From: Erysipelotrichaceae bacterium
Lineage (GTDB): Bacteria > Bacillota_I > Bacilli_A > Erysipelotrichales > Erysipelotrichaceae
Reading direction: 5' to 3'
NCBI GenBank assembly: GCA_022780745.1
Contig: JALEVB010000018.1
Coordinates: 2,240-66,239 of the forward strand
Length of the DNA: 64,000 bases
Of the stretch, positions 1 to 10,158 are shown piece by piece (within the stretch, counting starts at the first letter, position 1; each line of letters opens with the position of its first letter). The position numbers and the translations under genes are program-made. The notes under the pieces were generated by a model that did no database searches, had not been told where the DNA came from, and saw nothing but the letters and a program-made list of their open reading frames with translations.

Positions 1-895
1 CATCACTAGTCATATGATTAACACCACAGGCATTCTTATGTCCTCCCCCATGGTATTTAACTGCTACATCATTGATCGTTACAGTTTTAGATCTTAATGA
101 ACCATCATATATTATTGAATTATCACTTGCTCTTCTTTGATTGAATATAGCTACTACTTCCAATTCTTTAATACCATTTATTTCTTGTACAGTATTTCTA
201 GCCTGTGAACCAGTAAGATTATTTGCAGCTAGATCTTCTAGGGTAAATAATACATATCCAAATTTATCTATAATATTTAGTTTTGTTCTAGTTAATGTTC
301 TTAGATGATATTCATCGATACTAACATCAAACAATTCACGATTAATTGCTGGTATATCAATATCCTTATTAGCAAGATAAGCTGCTATTTCAAGTGTTTT
401 AGAGCTTGTAGAACTGGTTTTAAAACTAAGACTATCAGTTAATATACCACGATAAAAATTAACGGCACAAAGCTTAGAAATAACCGTATTGTCAATATCT
501 TTTAATAGTTCAACTAACAATTGACAACAGGCAGCACTAGAAGTATCAACAATATTATCATTACCATATTGATCTTCATTAGGATGATGATCGATCTTTA
601 AGATCTCTTTACAGCTAGTAATACGTTGATCATCTACACGAGCAAGATTAGCACAATCTACGGCAATAGCTAAAGATGAAGCAACTATTTCATCATTTGC
701 TTCATCCATTTGCTTATAGCATTCATAGTTACCAGTTTCTAGCCCCAAAGCATATACTTTTTTATTAGGAAAATTATCGATGATCCATTGTTTAAGACCA
801 AACTGTGAACCTAATGCATCACCATCAGGATTAGTATGTCTAAAGATACAAATTGAATCATAACGATCAAGATAACTAAGAATTAATTTTTTCAT
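1..895 (-). CDS. nrnA: DHH/DHHA1 phosphoesterase, NrnA-like (oligoribonuclease / pAp phosphatase); 3' end runs off the window
   Basis: Own translation of the minus strand from ATG 895-893: MKKLILSYLDRYDSICIFRHTNPDGDALGSQFG... It has DHH motifs DGDALGS and KIDHHPN, and the DHHA1 motif GGGH near nt 30-45. It is absent from the ORF track because it is truncated. Confidence 0.75.
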   Translation of the reverse strand, partial: MKKLILSYLDRYDSICIFRHTNPDGDALGSQFGLKQWIIDNFPNKKVYALGLETGNYECYKQMDEANDEIVASSLAIAVDCANLARVDDQRITSCKEILKIDHHPNEDQYGNDNIVDTSSAACCQLLVELLKDIDNTVISKLCAVNFYRGILTDSLSFKTSSTSSKTLEIAAYLANKDIDIPAINRELFDVSIDEYHLRTLTRTKLNIIDKFGYVLFTLEDLAANNLTGSQARNTVQEINGIKELEVVAIFNQRRASDNSIIYDGSLRSKTVTINDVAVKYHGGGHKNACGVNHMTSD

Positions 896-896
896 C

Positions 897-2093
897 TTAT
901 AAACCTAAAATTCTAACTGTATCTCTAGCAATAACAACTTCTTCATTAGTAGGAACGATCCAAACACTAACTTTAGAATCAGCAGTAGATACACAAGCTT
1001 CTTTAGCTCTAACATTATTAGCTTCATAATCGATATCCAAGCCTAAACCAGGTGTTAAAGCCTTTAAGATCTTAGCACGTAATTTAATATCATTTTCACC
1101 AACACCAGCAGTAAAGGCAATAGCATCTACACCACCCATTTGCATTACATAGCCACCAATAACATTAATTACACGATTTACATATAATTCCTGAGTAATA
1201 ATAGCTCTTTCATTACCATTTTCACATGCAGCTTCAACATCTCTAGCATCACTAGAAATACCACTAACACCTAACATACCAGATTTCTTATTTAAATATG
1301 TGTCCATTTCATCAGGAGTACAATTTAATTTTTTCATCATATAGAATACAACAGTTGGATCCAAGTCACCACTTCTAGTACCCATCATGATACCACCTAA
1401 TGGTGTTAAGCCCATTGAAGTATTAATACATTTACCATTTTTAACAGCTGTAATAGAAGCACCATTACCTAAGTGACAAGTAATAATATTTAGATCCTTA
1501 ACATCTTTATTCATTAATTGTGCACATCTTTGAGATACATATTGATGGCTTGTACCATGAGCACCATATCTTCTGATCTTATAATTTTCATACCATTCAT
1601 ATGGAACTGGGAATAAATAAGATTCAGGACCCATAGTCTGATGGAAAGCAGTATCAAATACAAACACATGACCAATATTTGGTAATGCTTCTTTAAAAGC
1701 ATTATAACAGATCAAGTGAGCAGGATTATGTAAAGGAGCTAACTCACATAATTCTTCAACCTTGCTAACAACATCTTCATCAACCTTAACAGAGCTATCA
1801 AAATAAGCACCACCTTGAACGATACGATGTCCTGCAGCATCAATTTCATCTAATGATGCAACGATATTATGTTTGATCAAAGCTTCTAATAATAAATTAA
1901 CAGCAACTTTGTGGTCTTTAATTGGTAAGTTTTGAACAAATTTTTCACCATTAACTTTAATAGTAAAAATACCCTCTTCCAATCCAATTCTTTCAGCTTG
2001 TCCACTAGTTAAAACATTTTCACTAGGCATATCAAACAATTGAAATTTTAAACTACTAGATCCAGCATTTACTGAAATAACTTTACTCATCAT
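897..2093 (-). CDS. ackA: acetate kinase
   Basis: 398 aa. The N-terminus VISVNAGSSSLKFQLF and HRIVQGG / GAHGTSH blocks are typical of acetate kinase. Confidence 0.95.
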   Translation of the reverse strand: MMSKVISVNAGSSSLKFQLFDMPSENVLTSGQAERIGLEEGIFTIKVNGEKFVQNLPIKDHKVAVNLLLEALIKHNIVASLDEIDAAGHRIVQGGAYFDSSVKVDEDVVSKVEELCELAPLHNPAHLICYNAFKEALPNIGHVFVFDTAFHQTMGPESYLFPVPYEWYENYKIRRYGAHGTSHQYVSQRCAQLMNKDVKDLNIITCHLGNGASITAVKNGKCINTSMGLTPLGGIMMGTRSGDLDPTVVFYMMKKLNCTPDEMDTYLNKKSGMLGVSGISSDARDVEAACENGNERAIITQELYVNRVINVIGGYVMQMGGVDAIAFTAGVGENDIKLRAKILKALTPGLGLDIDYEANNVRAKEACVSTADSKVSVWIVPTNEEVVIARDTVRILGL

Positions 2094-2421
2094 TTACCTC
2101 CCTATATTCAGTATTTATCAGTTTATCAACAATATCATTAATTATGTCAACATCATTTTTATTATACTCTTTTATTTGCCTATATAAAACCATTCTTTTT
2201 TGATGATTATCCGATAATTTTAATTTGTTTTCATAATCTAATAATATAGTTTCACATCTTTTGATCGTGTCAAATACTCCTGCTCGAGAAATATTTAAAT
2301 TTTCAGATATCTCTTGTAAAGAAAGATCTTCACGATAATAAAGATTACAAATATTTAACTGTTTATCAGTTAACAAGACATCATAAAAATCTAAAAGATC
2401 ATTGACTTCAAATTTATCCAT
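2083..2421 (-). CDS. ylxM: YlxM/UPF0122 small HTH protein (start moved to ATG at 2421)
   Basis: MDKFEVNDLLDFYDVLLTDKQ...YYREDLSLQEISENLNISRAGVFDTIKR is a sigma-70 region-4-like HTH. It sits directly after ftsY, as in B. subtilis. The longer ORF-track N-terminus is hydrophobic read-in. Confidence 0.8.
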   Translation of the reverse strand: MDKFEVNDLLDFYDVLLTDKQLNICNLYYREDLSLQEISENLNISRAGVFDTIKRCETILLDYENKLKLSDNHQKRMVLYRQIKEYNKNDVDIINDIVDKLINTEYREVNDE

Positions 2422-3382
2422 TTTTAATACCACTAGAAATACTATATAAATAAGCATCTAAATCAAATGGTCTAAGATCATCTTCTTTTTCCCCTAAACC
2501 GATATAAACAACAGGAATATGAAGTTTATGCTTAATAGCAATGATAATACCACCTTTAGCAGTACCATCCATCTTAGTTAAAATAATACCAGTAAGATCA
2601 CAAACATCATTAAATAACATAGCCTGACTTAAACCATTCTGACCAGTTGTAGCATCCAATAATAACCATACATTGTGAGGAGCTCCAGGTATTTCTCTAC
2701 CAACGACTTTATACATTTTTTCTAATTCATGCATCAAGCCTATCTTATTTTGTAATCTTCCTGCTGTATCACATAATAAGATATCGATATCATTTTCTTT
2801 GGCATAACGACATCCATCTACTAATGCAGCACTAGGATCACCATTTTCTCTACCCTTTACACAATGAACATTAAGTTTATCAGCCCATTTAACTAACTGA
2901 TCAATAGCTCCAGCTCTAAAGGTATCTGCAGCAACAACCGCTACTTTTTTACCTTCACTTTGATATTTCTTAACTAGCTTAGCACAAGTTGTAGTTTTAC
3001 CAGAACCATTAACACCTACCAATAAAATTACTGTCGGACCATTTTCATTATATTTTACAGGAATATCTTCATATTCATTATAGATTTCAGCCATGATCTC
3101 AAGTAGAAAATTAATAGCTGATTCAAAAGGAACTACCAGATACTCATTAGCTTTAGCTTTTAGTCTTTCACATATCAGATCAGCAGTTTCAATACCAATA
3201 TCACTTTCAAGCAAAACAATAGTCAGCTGTTCAAGAAATTCATCATTTACTTCCTTATAATGAAAAGACATTTCATTCAATTTACTGCCCAAACTATCAT
3301 GTGTTTTCTTGAAACCACTAAGATATATAGCTTTATCATCTTTTTTAATAAATTTACTCTTGATCTTATCAATAAAATCCAT
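2414..3382 (-). CDS. ftsY: signal recognition particle receptor FtsY
   Basis: SRP GTPase motifs GVNGSGKTTTCAKL, DTAGR and TKMDGTAKGG; follows smc. Confidence 0.95.
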   Translation of the reverse strand: MDFIDKIKSKFIKKDDKAIYLSGFKKTHDSLGSKLNEMSFHYKEVNDEFLEQLTIVLLESDIGIETADLICERLKAKANEYLVVPFESAINFLLEIMAEIYNEYEDIPVKYNENGPTVILLVGVNGSGKTTTCAKLVKKYQSEGKKVAVVAADTFRAGAIDQLVKWADKLNVHCVKGRENGDPSAALVDGCRYAKENDIDILLCDTAGRLQNKIGLMHELEKMYKVVGREIPGAPHNVWLLLDATTGQNGLSQAMLFNDVCDLTGIILTKMDGTAKGGIIIAIKHKLHIPVVYIGLGEKEDDLRPFDLDAYLYSISSGIKNG

Positions 3383-3385
3383 TAT

Positions 3386-6310
3386 CTAATTCTCCTTATC
3401 TTGCTTATCAGCCATCTTTATCGCATCATATAATTCTACCTTAAGCATTTGAGAAACACCTTGTTTTTGCATCGTAACCCCATATAAAACATCACATTGT
3501 TCCATAGTACCTGGACGATGTGTAACGACGATAAACTGTGTATGATCAGCAAATGTTTTTAGATATTTAGCAAATCTTTCTACATTAGCCTGATCTAGTG
3601 CTGCCTCCACCTCATCAAATATGATCAATGGTACAGGTTTTACCTTAAGTATTGAGAAAATTACACAAATGGCAATTAAAGCCTTTTCTCCACCAGAGAA
3701 TAATCTGATATTTTGAACTGCTTTTCCAGGAGGCTGGACATCAATATCAATACCAGTATTTAAGATATCTGAGCTATCTTCCAGTATTAGTTTTGCTTTT
3801 CCACCACCAAATAATTGTCTAAAGGTATCATTAAATTCATTATTTATGGCATTAAACATTTGCTTAAACTGTTTAGTCATTACCATATCCATCTCATCAA
3901 TAGCCTTTAATAATTTATCTTTAGAGTTATTTAGATCCTCTATTTGTTTATTCAAGAATTCATATCTGCTATTAACTTCTTCATATTCTTCAGGAGCATT
4001 CATATTAACATTACCAAGTGCTTCGATCTCCTGACGTAATATCATAACCTCTTCTCTAGCATTTTCAATATGTTCAATATTTAGATTTAATGCATATTCA
4101 TAAGTCATCTTATATTCACTAGAAAGTCTATTTAAGCTATTTTCTAGTTTAGTCTCACTTTTTGCCATTGATATCTTAATATCATTATTTAAATTAAGAG
4201 CTGCCTGTAAGTCTTTTCTAATCTGTTTTAGCTGCTGTTCCTTACGATCATTATCATTATATAGCTTCATACGATTTTCACGTTTAAGTTTGATAGATGT
4301 TGTAATATCATCTCTTTGACTATAAGCGCTATTTAAATTAGTAATAATATCATCAGAAAAACTAACATCTTCATTATTATTAGGATCTAATAATTCCAGA
4401 TCACTCTTAAGTTTTTCATATTTTGATCTTTTGACATCAACAATAGGTTCTAACTGAGCCAGTTGAATTCTTTTTTCCATTAATAAACTTTCAATGTCAG
4501 CTTTTTTATTCTTAGCATCATTTAAAGTCTTAAATGCTAGATCACTAGTTGCTTTAGCACTAACTAGTTTAGTATTGATATCATTGATTTCTTTATTTAA
4601 AGTAATAAGACTGGTACTATTTTTGATCTTACCACCGCTCATAGAACCACCCTTATAAATAACATCGCCATCTAAAGTAACGATCTTATAGTTATAATTT
4701 AATAGCTTATTAAGTTCATTACCATTTTCTAGTTTATCAACAACGATGATGTTATTTAATAAAAGATCTTTAACTGCATCATATATTGACTCATTTTCAA
4801 CGAAATCACTAGCTATACCTAAATAACCTTTGCTATTTTGACAAATGATCAAATGTTCTTTACTGATCCATTTTTTCTTGCAAACATTCAATGGTAAAAA
4901 GGTAGCTCTACCGCATTGATTTTTCTTTAAAAAATCAATAGCATTTCTAGCGCTTTTTTCATCTTTTGTAACGATATTATACATTGCCTGTCCTAAAGCA
5001 ATGCTGATTGCTTCTTCATAACCATCTTTAGCTTTGAAACACTTAGCTATTACTTCTAAAACACCATTTAGACTATTCTTATTCTCCATGATGTTTTTTA
5101 CACCTTGCTGATTATTAAAAGGTGATCTGCTCATATTTTCCAATACTTCTTTACGATTTGCTAATCGATGCAGATAATTCAAACATTCTTCATTCTTCTG
5201 ATAATATTCACTAATGTCAAAAGCTGTATTACTTAATTGGGTGCTTAAAAGTTCAATATCTTTCTTTAATAGATTTAAACGATTTAAACGATCATCATAT
5301 TCTATCTTTGCTTCACTTAATAGTTGTTTGATCTCAATGCTCTTTTGTTGTTTACTTCCAGTTTCGATGGCATATTTACGTTTCTCATCCAATTCTGTCT
5401 TTCTTTTCTCTAAGATCTGGATCTCATTAACAACATGCATCAGACTTTCCTGTAGATTATTAATATCTCTTTCTAAAGAATTAATAAGCTGTTTTTGATC
5501 AAGTATTTCATTTTCCTGGATCTGAATAGATGTCTGATACATTGTAATTTTGGTTTCAATATCAAAAAGATCTTTTTTTGCATTTTCGATATGTTCATTA
5601 ATTGTTTTGATATCGTCAACTAATACCGCAATTTCTATCTGTTGCAGTCTTTCTTTCTTTTCACGATATATTTTAGCTTTTTTAGCTTGTCTTTTTAATG
5701 GTGATACCTGTTTCTCTAGTTCGATGATAATATCATTGCAGCGATCAATATTATCTTTGGTACGCTGCAGTTTTGCTAAAGACTCCAGTTTTCTTTTCTT
5801 ATATTTTGCTACCCCAGCAGCTTCTTCAAAGATTGCTCTTCGATCTATTGGCTTAGCTTCTGCAAAACTAGTAATATTGCCTTGTGAGATCATACTTAAA
5901 GAATCTTTACCTAAACCGCTATCTAATATCAGATCGATTATATCCTTTAAACGTACAGGATTACGATTGATAAGATATTGAGCTTCTTGATTACGATAGA
6001 TCCTTCTAGTAACTTCAATTTCTTTTAAATCACTATTTAATGCATGATTATCATTATCAAAAACCAATGTTACCTCAGCCATATTAACCATTCTACGATC
6101 CTGGCTACCAGCAAAGATAACATCTGTCATACTTGTTCCTCTTAAACTTTTAGCAGATTGTTCTCCTAATACCCATCTTATTGCATCAGTAATATTACTT
6201 TTACCACAGCCATTTGGCCCTACTACACCAGTAATATTATGTTCAAAATTGATGACTACCTTATCTGCAAAAGACTTAAATCCCTGCATTTCTATTCTTT
6301 TTAAGAACAT
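3386..6310 (-). CDS. smc: chromosome condensation/segregation ATPase SMC
   Basis: 974 aa. Walker A GPNGCGKSN at the N-terminus, long coiled-coil middle, signature LFSGGEKAL and Walker B IIFDEVEAALD at the C-terminus. Confidence 0.95.
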   Translation of the reverse strand: MFLKRIEMQGFKSFADKVVINFEHNITGVVGPNGCGKSNITDAIRWVLGEQSAKSLRGTSMTDVIFAGSQDRRMVNMAEVTLVFDNDNHALNSDLKEIEVTRRIYRNQEAQYLINRNPVRLKDIIDLILDSGLGKDSLSMISQGNITSFAEAKPIDRRAIFEEAAGVAKYKKRKLESLAKLQRTKDNIDRCNDIIIELEKQVSPLKRQAKKAKIYREKKERLQQIEIAVLVDDIKTINEHIENAKKDLFDIETKITMYQTSIQIQENEILDQKQLINSLERDINNLQESLMHVVNEIQILEKRKTELDEKRKYAIETGSKQQKSIEIKQLLSEAKIEYDDRLNRLNLLKKDIELLSTQLSNTAFDISEYYQKNEECLNYLHRLANRKEVLENMSRSPFNNQQGVKNIMENKNSLNGVLEVIAKCFKAKDGYEEAISIALGQAMYNIVTKDEKSARNAIDFLKKNQCGRATFLPLNVCKKKWISKEHLIICQNSKGYLGIASDFVENESIYDAVKDLLLNNIIVVDKLENGNELNKLLNYNYKIVTLDGDVIYKGGSMSGGKIKNSTSLITLNKEINDINTKLVSAKATSDLAFKTLNDAKNKKADIESLLMEKRIQLAQLEPIVDVKRSKYEKLKSDLELLDPNNNEDVSFSDDIITNLNSAYSQRDDITTSIKLKRENRMKLYNDNDRKEQQLKQIRKDLQAALNLNNDIKISMAKSETKLENSLNRLSSEYKMTYEYALNLNIEHIENAREEVMILRQEIEALGNVNMNAPEEYEEVNSRYEFLNKQIEDLNNSKDKLLKAIDEMDMVMTKQFKQMFNAINNEFNDTFRQLFGGGKAKLILEDSSDILNTGIDIDVQPPGKAVQNIRLFSGGEKALIAICVIFSILKVKPVPLIIFDEVEAALDQANVERFAKYLKTFADHTQFIVVTHRPGTMEQCDVLYGVTMQKQGVSQMLKVELYDAIKMADKQDKEN

Positions 6311-6348
6311 TAATATTCTCCTTTAACAACAATAAATTATAACAAAAT

Positions 6349-6379
6349 AAAGCCTTATTATAAAGATAAATAAGGCTTT
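6349..6379 (-). terminator. intrinsic terminator after mscL
   Basis: 11-bp perfect stem aaagccttatt / aataaggcttt (6349-6359 with 6369-6379) and a 9-nt loop. On the minus strand it is followed by TTATTTTGTT. Confidence 0.6.
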
Positions 6380-6385
6380 AAGAAA

Positions 6386-6787
6386 CTATTTTTTATTTTC
6401 TAATAATTCAACTATTCTTTTTAAAGCAATTAATTCATCACTATCTTTTGGTGCTTCTTCCTTAACAGGTTCTTCTGGTTTTTTAAATTTAGCTATTATG
6501 CGAATTGCACAGAAGATACAAAAAGCGATGATCAGAAAATCAATAACATTTTGAATAAAATTTCCATAAGCTAAATAAGTAGAATTCTCACCATTTTCTA
6601 CTAATAAGATCTTTAATGATGAAAAATCAGCACTACAAATTAATAATGAAATAAGTGGCATAACGATATCATTAACTAATGATGTAACGATCTTGCCAAA
6701 GGCAGAACCTATCATCATACCAACGGCCATATCTACTACATTTCCTCTTGCGATAAATGTTTTAAAATCCTCTAAAAACTTTTTCAT
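6386..6787 (-). CDS. mscL: large-conductance mechanosensitive channel MscL (start at ATG 6787)
   Basis: MKKFLEDFKTFIARGNVVDMAVGMMIGSAFGKIV is a typical MscL N-terminus. GAGGAG RBS lies 7 nt upstream of this ATG. Confidence 0.9.
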   Translation of the reverse strand: MKKFLEDFKTFIARGNVVDMAVGMMIGSAFGKIVTSLVNDIVMPLISLLICSADFSSLKILLVENGENSTYLAYGNFIQNVIDFLIIAFCIFCAIRIIAKFKKPEEPVKEEAPKDSDELIALKRIVELLENKK

Positions 6788-8969
6788 AACTATTCTCCTC
6801 ATCTGTTAATTTAATAAAATAATTGGATACTAGATCACTTTTAAATTCTCTTGGAATAACATTATATAAATGCTTGATGTGCATATCATCCTCATATATC
6901 TTAATATGATTATTTTGAAAATCATTGAGTGTAACATCTTTATAACTGATATTTTTAAATGCTTTATCAAATAGAAAATCAGCTTTGATATGCATAAGAT
7001 CAATTTTGCCATAACTGCAAATCGCAACATTTGGCTTAAAGTTATGTCGCATCATATAAGCATATATGATCTTTTGAATCATATGTTCATCTAGCTCATT
7101 AGATAATATAACACAATATACTCCATAATGTAATAAAAACTCTAAAGCATAACTATTTGTTACATTCAATGTGGTATTCGCAATAAGTTCTGATTTGCAT
7201 TGCAATCCGCCAATTTCACTAATGATACTATATTTACGATCATGATATTCACTATTTTCATTTACGACATACTGCAGTACATTAAGATCTGAATATTTTT
7301 TTAATAATGAAGAAACATTAGTAAATAATAAATAGTTTTTATCTTTAAGTAATTGATATTGGCTTTCATTTTGAATCTGAACAAATATCTGTTTAGTATG
7401 ATATTCATTATTTGATAATGGTTTATACTCTTTTGCTTTGCGACTAGGATAAATATCAAGTCTTTTTTCATCTAATAAAGCTAAAGCTTTCTTTCTTAGA
7501 TCATTGATCGTTTTGATACTGATAAAGATTTCATCACATATGCCATCAATACTTTCAATTTTATATATCGTATCATTTATCTTACTTAACTGTGAAATGA
7601 TCCTGTCTTTATCAGTAGGTTTATTGATGGCTTGCTGACATAACATCTCGCTTGTTACTTCAATATGATAATTCTTGTGCTCAACTATTAGTTTTAATGG
7701 TTTATCAAGTTTTGCCTCAAAATACATTTTGATATTAAAACGTTTTTTATAAGTACCAAATTCATTTTTGATCTGATTATTTAAAATATAGTCAGTGGTT
7801 TTAACGACCATAGCATTATTTTCAACATAATCATTTACTTCTAAAGCAATGATAGAACCTTTATCTGCATGATTTACCAATAGGTTATTTAAATAGATAA
7901 AATTACAATTTAAGCCTATATCTTTCTTACCTACGATTCTTATACCATCATTTTGATTTAAATCTTTACTTAGTTTAATATATACCCTTTTATTGTGATA
8001 CTTAATAACTTTACCAATCTCAATTCCCATATGATTAGGTCGATATTGATTAAAGAAATCTTTGCCATTTTGATCAAAGATCAAACCAGATGTAAAGCCA
8101 CGATTAAATAAAACCTTTAGTTCTTCTAATTGTTTATCAGATAATTTATAAGCTTTATTATCATAATAAGCATCTACTGCTTCTTTGAATATACTTACTA
8201 CTTTTGCAACATATTCACTTCTTTTCATTCTTCCTTCTATTTTTAAACTGCAGATATTTAAATCTAATAATTTAGGAAGATCATTGATTATATTTAAATC
8301 TGATGTACTAAGCAGATATTTATTACTAGATAATAGTTTGTTATTTTGATCTTTGACCTCATATATCATTCGGCAGTTTTGAGCGCACATACCCTTATTG
8401 CCACTGCGATTTTTTAAACATGAACTCATTAAGCATTGTCCGCTATAACTAACGCACAAAGCTCCATAAGCAAATATTTCAATATCAATATTCTCTTTTT
8501 GACACTCTTCGATAACTGCTAAAGGTGTTTCTCTAGCTAAGACTACTCTCTTAATTCCTTTGTCTTTTAAAAACTTAATTCCAGAGCGATTATGTATATG
8601 CATTTGCGTAGATGCATGTAATTCTAGATCAGGATATTTTTGTGAAACAATATTTAGTAAACCTAGATCCTGGATGATTAATGCATCGACCTGATGTTCA
8701 TATAAATAATCTACTTGTTTAATGGCATTAGATATTTCATCTTCATTTAGCAATGTATTCATTGTGACATAGATCTTTACATTTCTAAGATGAGCATAAG
8801 CGATAGCTTCTTCATATTCTTCATATGAAAAGTTTTTGGCAAAAGCTCGTGCTCCAAAATTATTTAATCCAAGATATATGGCATCAGCTCCTGCATTGAT
8901 TGCTAATTTCAATGTTTCAAGATCACCAGCCGGAGCTAAGATCTCTACCCTATTCTTCTTTGAATTCAC
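6762..8969 (-). CDS. U32-family protein (peptidase U32 / RNA hydroxylation family), long form
   Basis: 735 aa. The N-terminus VEILAPAGDLETLKLAINAGADAIYLG and the E..G.MC..NCR block are typical of U32 proteins. The long C-terminal extension matches other long Bacillota U32 proteins. Confidence 0.8.
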   Translation of the reverse strand: MNSKKNRVEILAPAGDLETLKLAINAGADAIYLGLNNFGARAFAKNFSYEEYEEAIAYAHLRNVKIYVTMNTLLNEDEISNAIKQVDYLYEHQVDALIIQDLGLLNIVSQKYPDLELHASTQMHIHNRSGIKFLKDKGIKRVVLARETPLAVIEECQKENIDIEIFAYGALCVSYSGQCLMSSCLKNRSGNKGMCAQNCRMIYEVKDQNNKLLSSNKYLLSTSDLNIINDLPKLLDLNICSLKIEGRMKRSEYVAKVVSIFKEAVDAYYDNKAYKLSDKQLEELKVLFNRGFTSGLIFDQNGKDFFNQYRPNHMGIEIGKVIKYHNKRVYIKLSKDLNQNDGIRIVGKKDIGLNCNFIYLNNLLVNHADKGSIIALEVNDYVENNAMVVKTTDYILNNQIKNEFGTYKKRFNIKMYFEAKLDKPLKLIVEHKNYHIEVTSEMLCQQAINKPTDKDRIISQLSKINDTIYKIESIDGICDEIFISIKTINDLRKKALALLDEKRLDIYPSRKAKEYKPLSNNEYHTKQIFVQIQNESQYQLLKDKNYLLFTNVSSLLKKYSDLNVLQYVVNENSEYHDRKYSIISEIGGLQCKSELIANTTLNVTNSYALEFLLHYGVYCVILSNELDEHMIQKIIYAYMMRHNFKPNVAICSYGKIDLMHIKADFLFDKAFKNISYKDVTLNDFQNNHIKIYEDDMHIKHLYNVIPREFKSDLVSNYFIKLTDEENSYEKVFRGF

Positions 8970-10155
8970 TTGCCAATCCTCCCAGGCTGGTTTCTTTTAA
9001 TTCATAAGCTAATTTCTTGCCAGTATAATTCATCGTATGTACAACGGTATCAAAAGTAACTTTATTATCTTTGATCTTAGACATGTATTTGCTTAATACA
9101 ACTGCATCAAAAGCTCTTAATGTAGCAACCGCATTTCTTTCAATACATGGTATGATAACATATCCTCCCACGGGATCACATGTCAATCCCAAATGATGTT
9201 CAATACCTATTTCAGCTGCATATTCTATTTGTTTTAAACTTAATCCTTCAAGATAGGCAATAGCTGCACAACCCATAGCACATGCTGCACCTACTTCAGC
9301 TTGGCATCCACCCACAGCTCCAGAAATAGTGGCATTTTGTTTGATAAGATTGCCAAATATTCCTGCAACTGCTAAGGATCTAACTAATTTAGTTCTTGAA
9401 GTATGAAGATTTTTATAATAATAAGTCATAATAGCTGCTAAGATACCACATGCACCTAATGTAGGTGCTGTAACTACCTGATGTCCACTGGCATTTTCTT
9501 CATTAGCACTATATGCATAAGCCATCAATGTTAATTTCTGTTTTTCAATAGGATCTTCAATATTTAATGACTGGATATAAAGATCCTTAGCACTTTTTAA
9601 AACATGAAGTTTACCAGGAAGCTCTCCTGATTGATTTAAACCATTTTCAACACTCTTGATCATTGCATATAATACCTGATATAAATGATCTTCTAAATCA
9701 TCCTCATGCTGCTCTATATAGGTATATAGATCAATATTATGTTCATCTAAGTAATGCTTGATCTCATCTAAACTTTTTTCATCATATATTTCATCATTAT
9801 AATGAAGTTTCTTTTCTTTGATCTTAATAGATCCTCCACCAATAGAAAAGATCGTCCATTTCGCAACTAATTTATCATGTGAATTATACCCTTTAATATA
9901 AAAACCATTAGGAAATTCTTCTTCCCAATTTAATTTAAACTCAAGATCACATAAAGCTGGTTTTAAAGTATCAATAATGATCTTATCAGTCATATGACCT
10001 TTACCAGTAAGTGATAAAGATCCATATAGTTCTACTTCATAGCGTGATAATAAACCATATTCTTCAATAAATAATTTACATGCTCTTTCACAAGCCAAGG
10101 TATGTGAACTACTTGGACCTCTACCTATTTTATATAATTCTTTAATCGATTGCAT
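8950..10155 (-). CDS. sdaA: iron-sulfur L-serine dehydratase, single-chain type
   Basis: IGRGPSSSHT at the N-terminus, then TAPTLGACGI, GGCQAEVGAACAMG and GLTCDPVGGYVIIPCIERNA. These match the conserved blocks of E. coli SdaA as I recall them. Confidence 0.85.
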   Translation of the reverse strand: MQSIKELYKIGRGPSSSHTLACERACKLFIEEYGLLSRYEVELYGSLSLTGKGHMTDKIIIDTLKPALCDLEFKLNWEEEFPNGFYIKGYNSHDKLVAKWTIFSIGGGSIKIKEKKLHYNDEIYDEKSLDEIKHYLDEHNIDLYTYIEQHEDDLEDHLYQVLYAMIKSVENGLNQSGELPGKLHVLKSAKDLYIQSLNIEDPIEKQKLTLMAYAYSANEENASGHQVVTAPTLGACGILAAIMTYYYKNLHTSRTKLVRSLAVAGIFGNLIKQNATISGAVGGCQAEVGAACAMGCAAIAYLEGLSLKQIEYAAEIGIEHHLGLTCDPVGGYVIIPCIERNAVATLRAFDAVVLSKYMSKIKDNKVTFDTVVHTMNYTGKKLAYELKETSLGGLASEFKEE

Positions 10156-10158
10156 AAA

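Noticed and set aside
1514-1702. Same-strand alternate-frame ORFs inside ackA, U32 (6830-7030), alaS (18903-19091), nusA (54440-54655), the ttcA-like gene (40254-40442, antisense) and the ABC ATPase gene (43065-43292, antisense)
   Set aside because: They are nested in genes whose main frame has unambiguous family motifs. No independent evidence supports them.
5550-5981. Plus-strand ORFs of 60-143 aa antisense to smc (also 3846-4034 and 5214-5498)
   Set aside because: They mirror the coiled-coil, K/E-rich smc coding frame, encode Ser/Leu/Phe-rich low-complexity peptides and have no RBS. They are typical shadow ORFs.
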